A stretch of DNA of 64,000 nt from assembly GCA_003602575.1 (NCBI GenBank), contig QQRY01000001.1:6856-70855 (forward strand), read 5' to 3'. Made by a program: the position numbers and the translations under genes. This DNA comes from Candidatus Poseidoniales archaeon (GTDB taxonomy: Archaea; Thermoplasmatota; Poseidoniia; Poseidoniales; Poseidoniaceae). The notes beneath the pieces are model-generated. The model saw only the letters and a program-made list of their open reading frames with translations, did not search any database and was not told the origin of the DNA. Shown piece by piece: positions 27,222 through 35,786 of the stretch (position 1 is the first letter of the stretch; the number at the start of each line of letters is the position of its first letter).

Positions 27222-29324
27222 ATGCACCCGCGAGTTAGCGCAGTTTTTGCTGCAATTTTGATGCTCGTCGGGATTCTATCATTCAGTTTTGAGCAAGAAA
27301 TTGATGAATGGGTCAAAGATTATTCAATACAAATCGAAAAAGATAGTGTTGAATTGCTTGGGTTACAAGAAAATGAAAATTGGCCTGTACTAATAGTTGA
27401 CTTTGAGGCAGGGAACAGTAACTGGGGAAAAGATGAGGCTAACAACTTATTGATACCTAGAGCTTCTGAATATATCGACCAATTAAGTTCGTCAACTACT
27501 AGCCTAAATGTTGACATATATTCTTCAATAACAATTCCAGAAAATCCAATGCAATATTATGGTTCAGACTATGGCATTCAAAGAGACTCATCAGAGGATG
27601 GAACGCATTTACCAATGCTTTTAGCTAAGGAGATTGTAAACGAACAGATGAATAATGTAGATTGGAGTAAATATGATCTTGATGGAGATGGATGGATCGA
27701 TAGATTGCTAATACTTCATACGTCAATCGGTCAAGAAGAAGGAGGTAACTCGGATAGAATTTGGAGTCATTTCACTACATTTGATGACCCAATAAGCCTA
27801 CCAAATGATCTAAAAATCGCTCATTATACTATGGCCAGTTTGGGAACAGGTGAGAGTGGTTTTGGAACTGTGATGCATGAAATGTTGCACCAAATGGGTG
27901 CATATGACCTCTATCCTGCCCATGGCAGTATCAATCAACACTCATGGAAAGGAATTGGTGATTGGGACATAATGGCGAATGGAAATTGGAATGGTGATGG
28001 AAAATGGCCTTCAATGCCCACTGCCTCAACCGTTGCCGAAATTGGAGTTAATACCTCAATTGAAATCGAAGATGACTGGATGAAAAATAATAGTCAAAAT
28101 TGTATAGGGCCAACCATGATTTTAGATTCAATCAGTCGAGGAGGTAACTCTCTAAAGGTACAAGTTTCAAATGATGAATATATTTGGATAGAATATCGAG
28201 ATAGTTTTGGATTTGACTCATATCTACCAGGCTTTGGAGTATTGGTAACTTATCAAGATCTTAGTGTAGGAGACTTAGAGCAGAATGAATTGAATGCTAA
28301 TCCAGATAGACCATATTTGGTAGTGATTGAAGCTGATGGAAATAATGGTCTAAGGACTGGCGTTAGTGATGGTGAGCAAAGTGATTTGTTCACAAATGGT
28401 ACTAGTTTTGGTAATTCAGGAATACCTATTCGTAACCACGATGGATTATTGATACCTTGGACTGCAGATGTTGAAATAACCGATAGAGTATATGTCAATT
28501 TTACATCATCAAATTGTAAACCGACTTTCAGTATTGATGCGCCAAACTATGGAGTTTCACTTCTTCCTAATGAGCCAATAGAATTAATCGTTTCAGCCGA
28601 AAATAATTGTGATTTTTCAATTGATATGACCTCAAGTGATGGTCGTATTTTATTGACAAATACCAGTGAAATTGAATCGAATAAACTTGTTTTAGTTGAA
28701 CTATATTTTTCTAGTCCAGGGAGTTCGAATTCCGAGGCGTTAGTTTCCGGAGTTATCGAATGCGGTGAATCAATGTATGACTTAGAAACCAAGGTTCTAA
28801 CATTGTCGAGAAGGCCTGTTGAAAGTAGTTTTATTGCTGAGATAGATGCATATTCGACATCAATCATATCAATACCAATTGAAAGTGAAGGTAATGGTAT
28901 GCAAAGGTTCTCAGCAGAGATTGACGGTCCATTATCCAGAATTGCAACTATTGGGAGTCAGTTAGATTTGCAGGGTAGCGATGAGATAGTCATTAACATC
29001 GACCCCAAGGGACTTCTAGCACCAAACATGCTCGTTAAAGGAGAAATTGTAATTTACGATACATCTGGTGAAAAATGGTTTATCGAGATAGAACTTACAG
29101 CCCAAAATGAAGATGCGAATGGTTTTCAAAAACTCACAACACCTGGTAGAGCAATTGGAATTGCATCTGTTTTAGCATCTCTGTGGGTAATTCTAGGAAT
29201 TCGAGAGAAGTCATCATCGAAAAAGCAAGTTGATAATGTTGTTTTAGAATCTCAAAACGCTGAATCTTATCCAACTGAAAATTTAGAGCAAGAAAATGAT
29301 GCATGGGGACGGCCATTAGACTAA
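27222..29324 (+). CDS. M6 family (immune inhibitor A-like) membrane-anchored metalloprotease
   Basis: DWSKYDLDGDGWID, IWSH, HEMLHQMGAYDLY, WDIMANGNW, IEYR..GFD..LPG.G; N- and C-terminal TMs. Confidence 0.85.
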   Translation: MHPRVSAVFAAILMLVGILSFSFEQEIDEWVKDYSIQIEKDSVELLGLQENENWPVLIVDFEAGNSNWGKDEANNLLIPRASEYIDQLSSSTTSLNVDIYSSITIPENPMQYYGSDYGIQRDSSEDGTHLPMLLAKEIVNEQMNNVDWSKYDLDGDGWIDRLLILHTSIGQEEGGNSDRIWSHFTTFDDPISLPNDLKIAHYTMASLGTGESGFGTVMHEMLHQMGAYDLYPAHGSINQHSWKGIGDWDIMANGNWNGDGKWPSMPTASTVAEIGVNTSIEIEDDWMKNNSQNCIGPTMILDSISRGGNSLKVQVSNDEYIWIEYRDSFGFDSYLPGFGVLVTYQDLSVGDLEQNELNANPDRPYLVVIEADGNNGLRTGVSDGEQSDLFTNGTSFGNSGIPIRNHDGLLIPWTADVEITDRVYVNFTSSNCKPTFSIDAPNYGVSLLPNEPIELIVSAENNCDFSIDMTSSDGRILLTNTSEIESNKLVLVELYFSSPGSSNSEALVSGVIECGESMYDLETKVLTLSRRPVESSFIAEIDAYSTSIISIPIESEGNGMQRFSAEIDGPLSRIATIGSQLDLQGSDEIVINIDPKGLLAPNMLVKGEIVIYDTSGEKWFIEIELTAQNEDANGFQKLTTPGRAIGIASVLASLWVILGIREKSSSKKQVDNVVLESQNAESYPTENLEQENDAWGRPLD

Positions 29325-30427
29325 TCCTTTCCAGGCGACCATCGTTCAACTTGCATGAATCTCCACTTAGAATTATTTTGAATGGCACAAATCCATTTTT
29401 TGTGTACTCCCTCGGATAGACGAATCGATAAACATGCATTTTCCCATGTTTTGGGGCCATCGGTTACTGTTTGTAATAGCCAAGGGGCATGTGATTTGGA
29501 AACTTCATCATCATATATCCTCCACCTTGAACCAAATTTAAATCCTGGACGAAGGATCAATCCCCTATTGATTAAATCATCATAGAGTTTGGAATCAGTT
29601 TCAATCTCTTCCCCGTTAATTTTCTTTTCAAGCCAAACTCCCTCTTCAGTTCTTAGATTAATTCCAGATAAGTGCTCAACACCAATCGAATTCAATGGCC
29701 AATTTCCAATGATTGGCAAATGAAAACCTGAACTTGTAGTAATTTTAGAGTCCCACATTCTCGAAATTAATTCGGTTTCATCATTACTTAGTTCAGTCCA
29801 AATTTTCTGTGAACCTTCGGGTTCGATGAAACTTACTCTATACATTGTAACTTCCATTTCTTCATCTATAATGAAAATATCACACTTACAATTTAGTTCC
29901 TCAACTTCCTCCGCCCACATGAAAATTTCAGTCCAATCCAATGTCTCAAATGTCCAGTACCATCTAACATGAGATACTGGCTCAGTGTTGAATTGTGATT
30001 GATTTCTTTTCCACTTGAGGGCAAAAATATCTGACGACAATTGATAATCTGTGATATTGGATGATGGTATTACAATTTCTCCACCTGAACGGGCAGTATC
30101 AAAAATAACTGCTTTAGCAAGTAAATTTGAATCGTTTTCAATTTCCTTTTCAAACCAATCAGCACTAGGTAGGGGTAAGTGACGGTGCCAATTACAGAAA
30201 AGTATCTCCATAGATGAAAGGGTAATTCCATCTTCACCTCTTAGGGGCCTGCCCAAACCACTCTTTTGGAATAATCTAGCAGAAAGAGGTGGTTTAACTA
30301 ACCAACCCAATTCATGTGGAACAGGTTTGTCATGAGGGGTCTTTGGTGCTGCATTTGAGGTGATACTAGCACCCAAAGGGCGCTTTGTTCTTTGACGCGG
30401 AGTGAACTTTCTGCTATGGCGCGCCAT
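29321..30427 (-). CDS. endA: tRNA-splicing endonuclease
   Basis: LYDDLINRGLILRPGFKFGSRWRIY...HAPWL...RLSEGVHKK; Tyr/His/Lys triad present in the C-terminal unit. Confidence 0.8.
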   Translation of the reverse strand: MARHSRKFTPRQRTKRPLGASITSNAAPKTPHDKPVPHELGWLVKPPLSARLFQKSGLGRPLRGEDGITLSSMEILFCNWHRHLPLPSADWFEKEIENDSNLLAKAVIFDTARSGGEIVIPSSNITDYQLSSDIFALKWKRNQSQFNTEPVSHVRWYWTFETLDWTEIFMWAEEVEELNCKCDIFIIDEEMEVTMYRVSFIEPEGSQKIWTELSNDETELISRMWDSKITTSSGFHLPIIGNWPLNSIGVEHLSGINLRTEEGVWLEKKINGEEIETDSKLYDDLINRGLILRPGFKFGSRWRIYDDEVSKSHAPWLLQTVTDGPKTWENACLSIRLSEGVHKKWICAIQNNSKWRFMQVERWSPGKD

Positions 30428-30432
30428 GGTTG

Positions 30433-30450
30433 TGCGTCATTAATGATGCA
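30433..30450. promoter_or_regulatory. 18-bp near-perfect palindrome between endA and the wHTH gene
   Basis: TGCGTCATT|AATGATGCA, one mismatch. Confidence 0.45.
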
Positions 30451-30499
30451 TTTGAGTTGAACGGATGATATTACTATGTGCTAGTTATGCTAGGAACTT

Positions 30500-31471
30500 A
30501 TGGGTCATAGTATGGTAGATGGGTTTCTTGGCACTTTGACCACGGAACAACGCACGCTTTTGCATTTATCAGATAATAGACTACCTAAGAGCCAATGGGA
30601 AGCACCAGCTTCACTAACTCAAGCGGGGATCTCAGCAGCAGTACATGTTCAAAGGAAGCACGTACCTAGAACACTGAAAAGATTGGAGAGTAATGGCCAT
30701 GTCGATGTAACTAATAGGCATGTTCCAGGTGCTAAGCAAAGAAGGAAAGTATACAGTTTAACAATTCTAGGTAAAGGAATTTCAGATGAATTAAGAAAAC
30801 AAATTTTGGATTTAGAGATTACTAAAGATGGAAATGAAATGAAATTAGGTCAATTAATCAAACCTAATGATAAAATCCTCGAACTTTTATCTCATATAGA
30901 TGAAAATATGTTATATCATAAGTCTGCAGTCATATCCCCAGTTTCCAATCCTGAAGGCGAGGCATCTCTAGATGCACAAGCAGGTGAACAATTAGTAAAG
31001 CGTATGTTTGCAAGAGCATGGGAAGATGGAAAGATTACCAAAGATGAGCAACAATTGATTTCAGAAGTAGTTCAGTTTCTTGGAATGCACCCCGAACGGG
31101 TAATGAGATTATCGGAACAGGCCCGTAAAGAGCAAAATATCCCACCCCCGGAAGAAATTTACCTCGATATGTTACGTCAGGCTCTTATCGATGATTCTAT
31201 TATCGAAGAGGAATTAGTATTACTAGATACATTTAGAGTAGCATTTGGAATAGAATTAGATGTCCATGAAAGATTGCTAAAAGAAGCGATGGAAGAGCCG
31301 GTTTATCCCCAAAACATCCAAACTTACCATGACACATTGATTACAGCAATGGATGATGGGATAATTACTGAAGATGAAGAGGCTATGCTGGAAACTTTGA
31401 GGAAATCACTTGGCGTTAGTGATGGTGAACACGCAAGTTTACTGGCAAAAATTCGCGACAGCCTAAAATGA
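30500..31471 (+). CDS. Winged-helix protein with three C-terminal TerB-like helical repeats
   Basis: LTQAGISAAVHVQRKHVPRTLKRLE..G...RRKVYSLT wHTH; repeats DGKITKDE, DDSIIEEE, DGIITEDE. Confidence 0.7.
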   Translation: MGHSMVDGFLGTLTTEQRTLLHLSDNRLPKSQWEAPASLTQAGISAAVHVQRKHVPRTLKRLESNGHVDVTNRHVPGAKQRRKVYSLTILGKGISDELRKQILDLEITKDGNEMKLGQLIKPNDKILELLSHIDENMLYHKSAVISPVSNPEGEASLDAQAGEQLVKRMFARAWEDGKITKDEQQLISEVVQFLGMHPERVMRLSEQARKEQNIPPPEEIYLDMLRQALIDDSIIEEELVLLDTFRVAFGIELDVHERLLKEAMEEPVYPQNIQTYHDTLITAMDDGIITEDEEAMLETLRKSLGVSDGEHASLLAKIRDSLK

Positions 31472-31503
31472 ATAATCATACAGCGCTTGCATGAGGGAAT
31501 GAT

Positions 31504-32565
31504 ATGGGAATGACAGATGAAGAAGTTGTACTTCACGATAATTTGAATTCCTTGAAGTCTAATCTGAAAAAGGTTGAGACAGGAAAAATTGTACTAATCG
31601 GAGATATTATGCTTGATTGCTACATACATGGATTCGCAAATAATCTCAATTCACGTGCACCAGTGCCGGTAATTCGTGAAACTAGAAGAGAAGAGGATGT
31701 TGGTGCAGCTGCTCACGTTGCGAGAGGCCTGGAGTCAATGGGTTTTGAAAGTCAAATCTTTGGCGTAATTGGTGATGATAGAGCGGGTATGAGCATCCTA
31801 GAATTTCTTGAAGAAGAGGGTGTTTCAACCGATGGAATTGGAATTGTTGAGGGACGCAAAACCACCGTTAAAACTCGCCTATTAGCCACAAGAGAAAGTT
31901 TAGTTCAAGGCGAACAATTACTGCTAAGATGGGACGTCGAGGATGATCAGAATATTCCGGATGAAGCAATTATGGCCATTTATGAACAAGCGATTGAGCA
32001 ATTGAAAGATTCATTTACAGTTATATTGTCAGATTATGGTCAAGGTGTAGTTAATGATGAAGGAGTAGATAGTATAATTAAATCTGCTAAATCTAATAAT
32101 ATTCCAATTATTGCCGACCCAAAACTTACAGGATTGCATAGAACTCATGGAGTTGATTGGATTGTTTTTCAATCTAGAGGTTTTGAACTAATGCGTAGAA
32201 GAATTGGAGAAACTTCAGATGACTCAGCAGCAAAAAACCTAATTCAAACATATGATTGGAAACATCTTGTAGTATTATCAGGAGAAAACGGGGTTACCAT
32301 TTATTCTGCTGAAGAAGACACTGTTCATGCACCTTGCACGCTAGGAGAATTACGACAAATGATTGGCTTGATTGATGCAGCAGTTGTTGCGATCGCAATA
32401 TCAATTTCCAATAAGTTAGATGTCAAAAACACTGCAATCCTTACTAATGCCGCATGTGAATGTATACTTGGTGCTGAACAAACCGATTCATTTGTATTAA
32501 CACGCGATGACTTGATTAATAGAATAGGCGAAATAGCTTGGAATTTACAAGTTTCCAAACGCTAG
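31504..32565 (+). CDS. PfkB-family, HldE/RfaE kinase-like protein with degenerate ATP motifs
   Basis: GDIMLD.Y, APVPV, TTVKTR, LSDYGQG, ADPK; GAGD motif reads GLID. Confidence 0.75.
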   Translation: MGMTDEEVVLHDNLNSLKSNLKKVETGKIVLIGDIMLDCYIHGFANNLNSRAPVPVIRETRREEDVGAAAHVARGLESMGFESQIFGVIGDDRAGMSILEFLEEEGVSTDGIGIVEGRKTTVKTRLLATRESLVQGEQLLLRWDVEDDQNIPDEAIMAIYEQAIEQLKDSFTVILSDYGQGVVNDEGVDSIIKSAKSNNIPIIADPKLTGLHRTHGVDWIVFQSRGFELMRRRIGETSDDSAAKNLIQTYDWKHLVVLSGENGVTIYSAEEDTVHAPCTLGELRQMIGLIDAAVVAIAISISNKLDVKNTAILTNAACECILGAEQTDSFVLTRDDLINRIGEIAWNLQVSKR

Positions 32566-32573
32566 GTGATAAT

Positions 32574-33071
32574 ATGAGCGCATGGACGCGTCCAACAACT
32601 GCTGACATTGGCTTGCGGGTTTTTTCTTCGAGTTTGAATAATTTATTTTGTGAAACAACAACAGGGATGCAAAATTTGCTAATGACAAATGCTGCTAAAT
32701 TATATCTTAATTCACTCATCAGGCATAGTTCACAATGGAATATTTCACTTGACAAGAATGGTGATTCCGACTATGAAATTCTAATGATAAAATGGCTAGA
32801 AGAGGTTTTGTATAGAAATGAAGTCCACAATGAATTTCTTTGTGAGGTTCAGATTATTTTAACTGATGATGAAGAAAATCTATACTGCAATGCTCAAGTT
32901 GACTGGGTCGAAAGTGAACTAGTCGAAAAGGGAGTGGAAATCAAAGCAGTGACATCTCATGAGTTAGTAATTGATCAATTAGATGAAAAACAAGAATTGC
33001 TCAGTAAATGGGAAGAAATTCCTTCTTTTATCGGTCCAGGTTGGTATTGTGACATAGTATTCGACATCTAA
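32574..33071 (+). CDS. Archease
   Basis: TADIG, WLEEVLY, EIKAVTSH, terminal VFDI; AGGTGA SD before ATG 32574. Confidence 0.85.
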   Translation: MSAWTRPTTADIGLRVFSSSLNNLFCETTTGMQNLLMTNAAKLYLNSLIRHSSQWNISLDKNGDSDYEILMIKWLEEVLYRNEVHNEFLCEVQIILTDDEENLYCNAQVDWVESELVEKGVEIKAVTSHELVIDQLDEKQELLSKWEEIPSFIGPGWYCDIVFDI

Positions 33072-33304
33072 CTACTTGATGAGTTTCTTAGTCTAACACC
33101 AACCCAGAAACCAATGGTATTAACGATTAAGTCAGAAATTTTATTGATATTTGATTCAATGGCGAAATCATATGGAAGATATAATTCTAATACTTCCCAA
33201 CCAATTGAAACAACTAGAAAAGCAATCCAATTAGTGGAAATAAATCTTCCAATAAAAGACCACATTAGAAAGTGACCCAGTGAATATAAATTCAGTATTG
33301 ACAA
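33068..33304 (-). CDS. Small hydrophobic membrane protein
   Basis: HFL...SIGWEVLE...ES..N...DLIVNTIG pattern, 2-3 TMs; start uncertain. Confidence 0.55.
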   Translation of the reverse strand: MSILNLYSLGHFLMWSFIGRFISTNWIAFLVVSIGWEVLELYLPYDFAIESNINKISDLIVNTIGFWVGVRLRNSSSS

Positions 33305-33308
33305 AAAA
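33303..33308 (-). terminator. Oligo-T terminator of the SRP RNA
   Basis: T6 on the minus strand about 10 nt after the RNA 3' helix. Confidence 0.5.
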
Positions 33309-33313
33309 TCACC

Positions 33314-33617
33314 GAAGTGGGAGGTCCAAAGGTGGACGCTCGTATCTCAAGGCCAAATCCATACACTTTCTCCATCCCGCTACCCCACAGCACTCATGGC
33401 CCCGAGTAGGGCTGCTCCGTTCCCGGCCTGACCTGATTCCCCAGTTATTCAATTCCCGTTTCCCTCCGGATACGGTTCATGACACCCGAGTCATGTGGGG
33501 GCGAGACATCAACGTCCGCGCACAGGAACCAAGAGACCGCTTTCGCCGCCCCAAGGAGTTCAGTCTACCATAAAGACGATTTGTAATACAGGGTACGCCT
33601 AGCTCCCCACCTATCCC
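33314..33617 (-). ncRNA. ffs: Archaeal signal recognition particle RNA (7S)
   Basis: GC-rich ~300-nt island; minus strand carries helix 8 CAGGCCG-GGAA-CGGAGCAGC and Alu CCCUGUA; 5' GGGA..GGU can pair with 3' ACCUCCC; TTCAAA lies 29 nt upstream of 33617. Confidence 0.92.
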
Positions 33618-33677
33618 GTGTATCGGTTGATGCAGATATATTTGAACAGAACGGTTGAATCTCAGTGAGAAAAATTC

Positions 33678-34055
33678 TCATTCCTCGTATTTCGAGGGGC
33701 AAGATGTCTTAATTATATCAGCCTCAAATAAATACTTACCATCGGAGAATGTCAAAATGCCTTGGGCATAAACGGTTCGATTGTCATCTAAACCATTGGA
33801 AACCGAAGCATCAATATATTCAACTGTTATGTTGTAATTAGAACCATGTAAGATAAAAGTCATCGTACTATTATCAATGCTCCCGTCGAGTACTTCACCA
33901 CGTATTGATATCTCTTGATCGACATACTTACTTGGAGATTCCATAACTTCATCAACTGTGCGTGTTGGCTCAGGCGCTTCAATAATGATAACACCTATCA
34001 AACCAATAGTGATAATTGCTCCAACTATCAAAAGACGATTTTTACGTGACAACAA
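33678..34055 (-). CDS. ccmE: Cytochrome c maturation heme chaperone, CxxxY type
   Basis: N-terminal TM, IRGEVLDGSI OB-fold pattern, terminal TSCPSKY. Confidence 0.8.
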   Translation of the reverse strand: MLSRKNRLLIVGAIITIGLIGVIIIEAPEPTRTVDEVMESPSKYVDQEISIRGEVLDGSIDNSTMTFILHGSNYNITVEYIDASVSNGLDDNRTVYAQGILTFSDGKYLFEADIIKTSCPSKYEE

Positions 34056-35192
34056 TTATTCCACATCCTCAATTTTATGTGATAGCCCTACAGCATCTTG
34101 TAAGGAAGATAGACCATGGATATCCAATTTCTTTTGCAGACCTTTAACGATTGATTTGGTAATGCCTGCACCCTCAAAAACAAATCCACTATATGCTTGA
34201 ATCAAAGTTGCACCAGCAGTTATCTTCTCCCATGCATCATCTGCACTCATTATACCTCCAACTCCTATTATAGGCCATTTACCATCTGTCATAAGATATA
34301 TTTTTTTGATAAATTCTGTGGAGAGTTTTTTGAGAGGTTTTCCACTCATACCACCTTTCTGTGAAAATACCTTTTCCTCAGATTTGGAATTAGGAACAGG
34401 TCGTGTAGTGGTTGTATTAGTTGCAACAATACCATCACAACCACTCTTCATTGCAGTATTTACTACTAACTTGAGTTGAACATCATCAAGTTCAGGTGCA
34501 ATTTTTACCAAAATAGGTTTCAGATTTGAATTCTTTTCTTGCGACATTTTCTTGTTAATTTTCTGACAAGCAGAAATTATTTTTGCTAATTCATCATCAT
34601 TCTGCAACTCTCTTAAATTGGGAGTATTAGGTGATGACACATTGATAACAAATACATCTCCATAGTCCCACAATCGCATGAAAGTAGTAGAATAGTCATC
34701 TGATGATTTATCCAAAGGAGTCAGTTTAGATTTGCCAAGATTTACCCAAAGGGGGACATTGGGCCTTCCAAATTTATCGAAATGCTTTTTCAGATTCTGT
34801 GCAGTCTTTTCTGAACCGGGGTTATTGAATCCCATACGATTAACAAGGGCATTGGAGGAATCCGAACGAAACATCCTCGGCTTAGGATTACCCTGTTGCT
34901 CGAGTTCAGTAACACCGCCGATTTCAATGAATCCAAGACCTAAATTTTCCCATCCCCTAAGAGCCTCCGCTTTCTTATCCATGCCTGCTGCCAAACCTAA
35001 CGGATGGTCATAAGTAGTGCCGAGGAAAGTTATCGGGATTTTCTTCTTTGGCTTGAATAAAATCCTCATTGGGATTCTTGTAAATGGGTTAGAAGAAAAT
35101 AGTTTCAACAATTTGAGAGCCCTAGAATGAGCACGTTCAGAATCTTGAAGCGCGATAATTGGGCGCGCAAAGAGCCTAAATCCAAGTCCCAT
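34056..35192 (-). CDS. pyrD: Quinone-dependent (class 2) dihydroorotate dehydrogenase
   Basis: GLAAGMDK, QQGNPKPRMFR, NRMGFNNPG, NVSSPNTPNLR, VKIAP, ATNTT, GGMSG. Confidence 0.95.
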   Translation of the reverse strand: MGLGFRLFARPIIALQDSERAHSRALKLLKLFSSNPFTRIPMRILFKPKKKIPITFLGTTYDHPLGLAAGMDKKAEALRGWENLGLGFIEIGGVTELEQQGNPKPRMFRSDSSNALVNRMGFNNPGSEKTAQNLKKHFDKFGRPNVPLWVNLGKSKLTPLDKSSDDYSTTFMRLWDYGDVFVINVSSPNTPNLRELQNDDELAKIISACQKINKKMSQEKNSNLKPILVKIAPELDDVQLKLVVNTAMKSGCDGIVATNTTTTRPVPNSKSEEKVFSQKGGMSGKPLKKLSTEFIKKIYLMTDGKWPIIGVGGIMSADDAWEKITAGATLIQAYSGFVFEGAGITKSIVKGLQKKLDIHGLSSLQDAVGLSHKIEDVE

Positions 35193-35215
35193 GATTAACT
35201 CACACCAACGGTATG

Positions 35216-35222
35216 CTTCAAG
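35216..35222. promoter_or_regulatory. Single CTTSAAG core element shared by two divergent genes
   Basis: TTCAAG starts 29 nt before ATG 35246 (+); TTGAAG starts 29 nt before the pyrD ATG 35192 (-). Confidence 0.6.
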
Positions 35223-35245
35223 ACTTGCGCTTGCATGGCCCTGAT

Positions 35246-35689
35246 ATGCGCATGGATAACGACCTCTGGCCTGTCGTCAGAGAATCTGCGCGAAGGGTAT
35301 TGAGGTTAGAAAATATTTCAATTGAATTACCCATAGAATTAGCTTCTGATTTTAATGAATTATGTGATGAAATCTCACAAAACATACCATCGAGATTAGT
35401 ATTTCCTAAAGTTGTATATAGTGAAGCAGAATCAATAGAAATAAAATTACTAGATTCAAAACCTAATTTTGATGAGACGATTGTAGTAATTGGAATGATT
35501 GAGCCAGATGAAAATGTGTGTTGGATCGAATCTGAAATTTTTCAGGGATGGGCTTGGCTTATTGAATCATGTCACGATCTTCTAGAAGCCGGGTACCCGG
35601 GTTGTGTTGGCTGTGGAGGACCAAATTCAGAAGAACCCTGGAATGAAGTTCAATATCGTTCAAATAGAAAATTACTTGAAAAAAAATAG
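35246..35689 (+). CDS. Hypothetical acidic protein with C-terminal CxxC (GYPGCVGCGG)
   Basis: ORF in track; start moved to ATG 35246 from promoter spacing. Confidence 0.65.
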   Translation: MRMDNDLWPVVRESARRVLRLENISIELPIELASDFNELCDEISQNIPSRLVFPKVVYSEAESIEIKLLDSKPNFDETIVVIGMIEPDENVCWIESEIFQGWAWLIESCHDLLEAGYPGCVGCGGPNSEEPWNEVQYRSNRKLLEKK

Positions 35690-35714
35690 ATTCGAAAAAC
35701 CGTATATTTCACTA

Positions 35715-35732
35715 CAGATACTAAAGTATCTG
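35715..35732. repeat. Perfect 8-bp inverted repeat upstream of the topB promoter
   Basis: CAGATACT-AA-AGTATCTG. Confidence 0.6.
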
Positions 35733-35786
35733 GACAAAATTCAACCTAAGAGAGGGTTCAAGTACGCTCGGCTATCGGGGTTATTC

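Noticed and set aside
33280-33573. 97-aa plus-strand ORF
   Set aside because: Antisense to the SRP RNA; the open frame is explained by the local high GC
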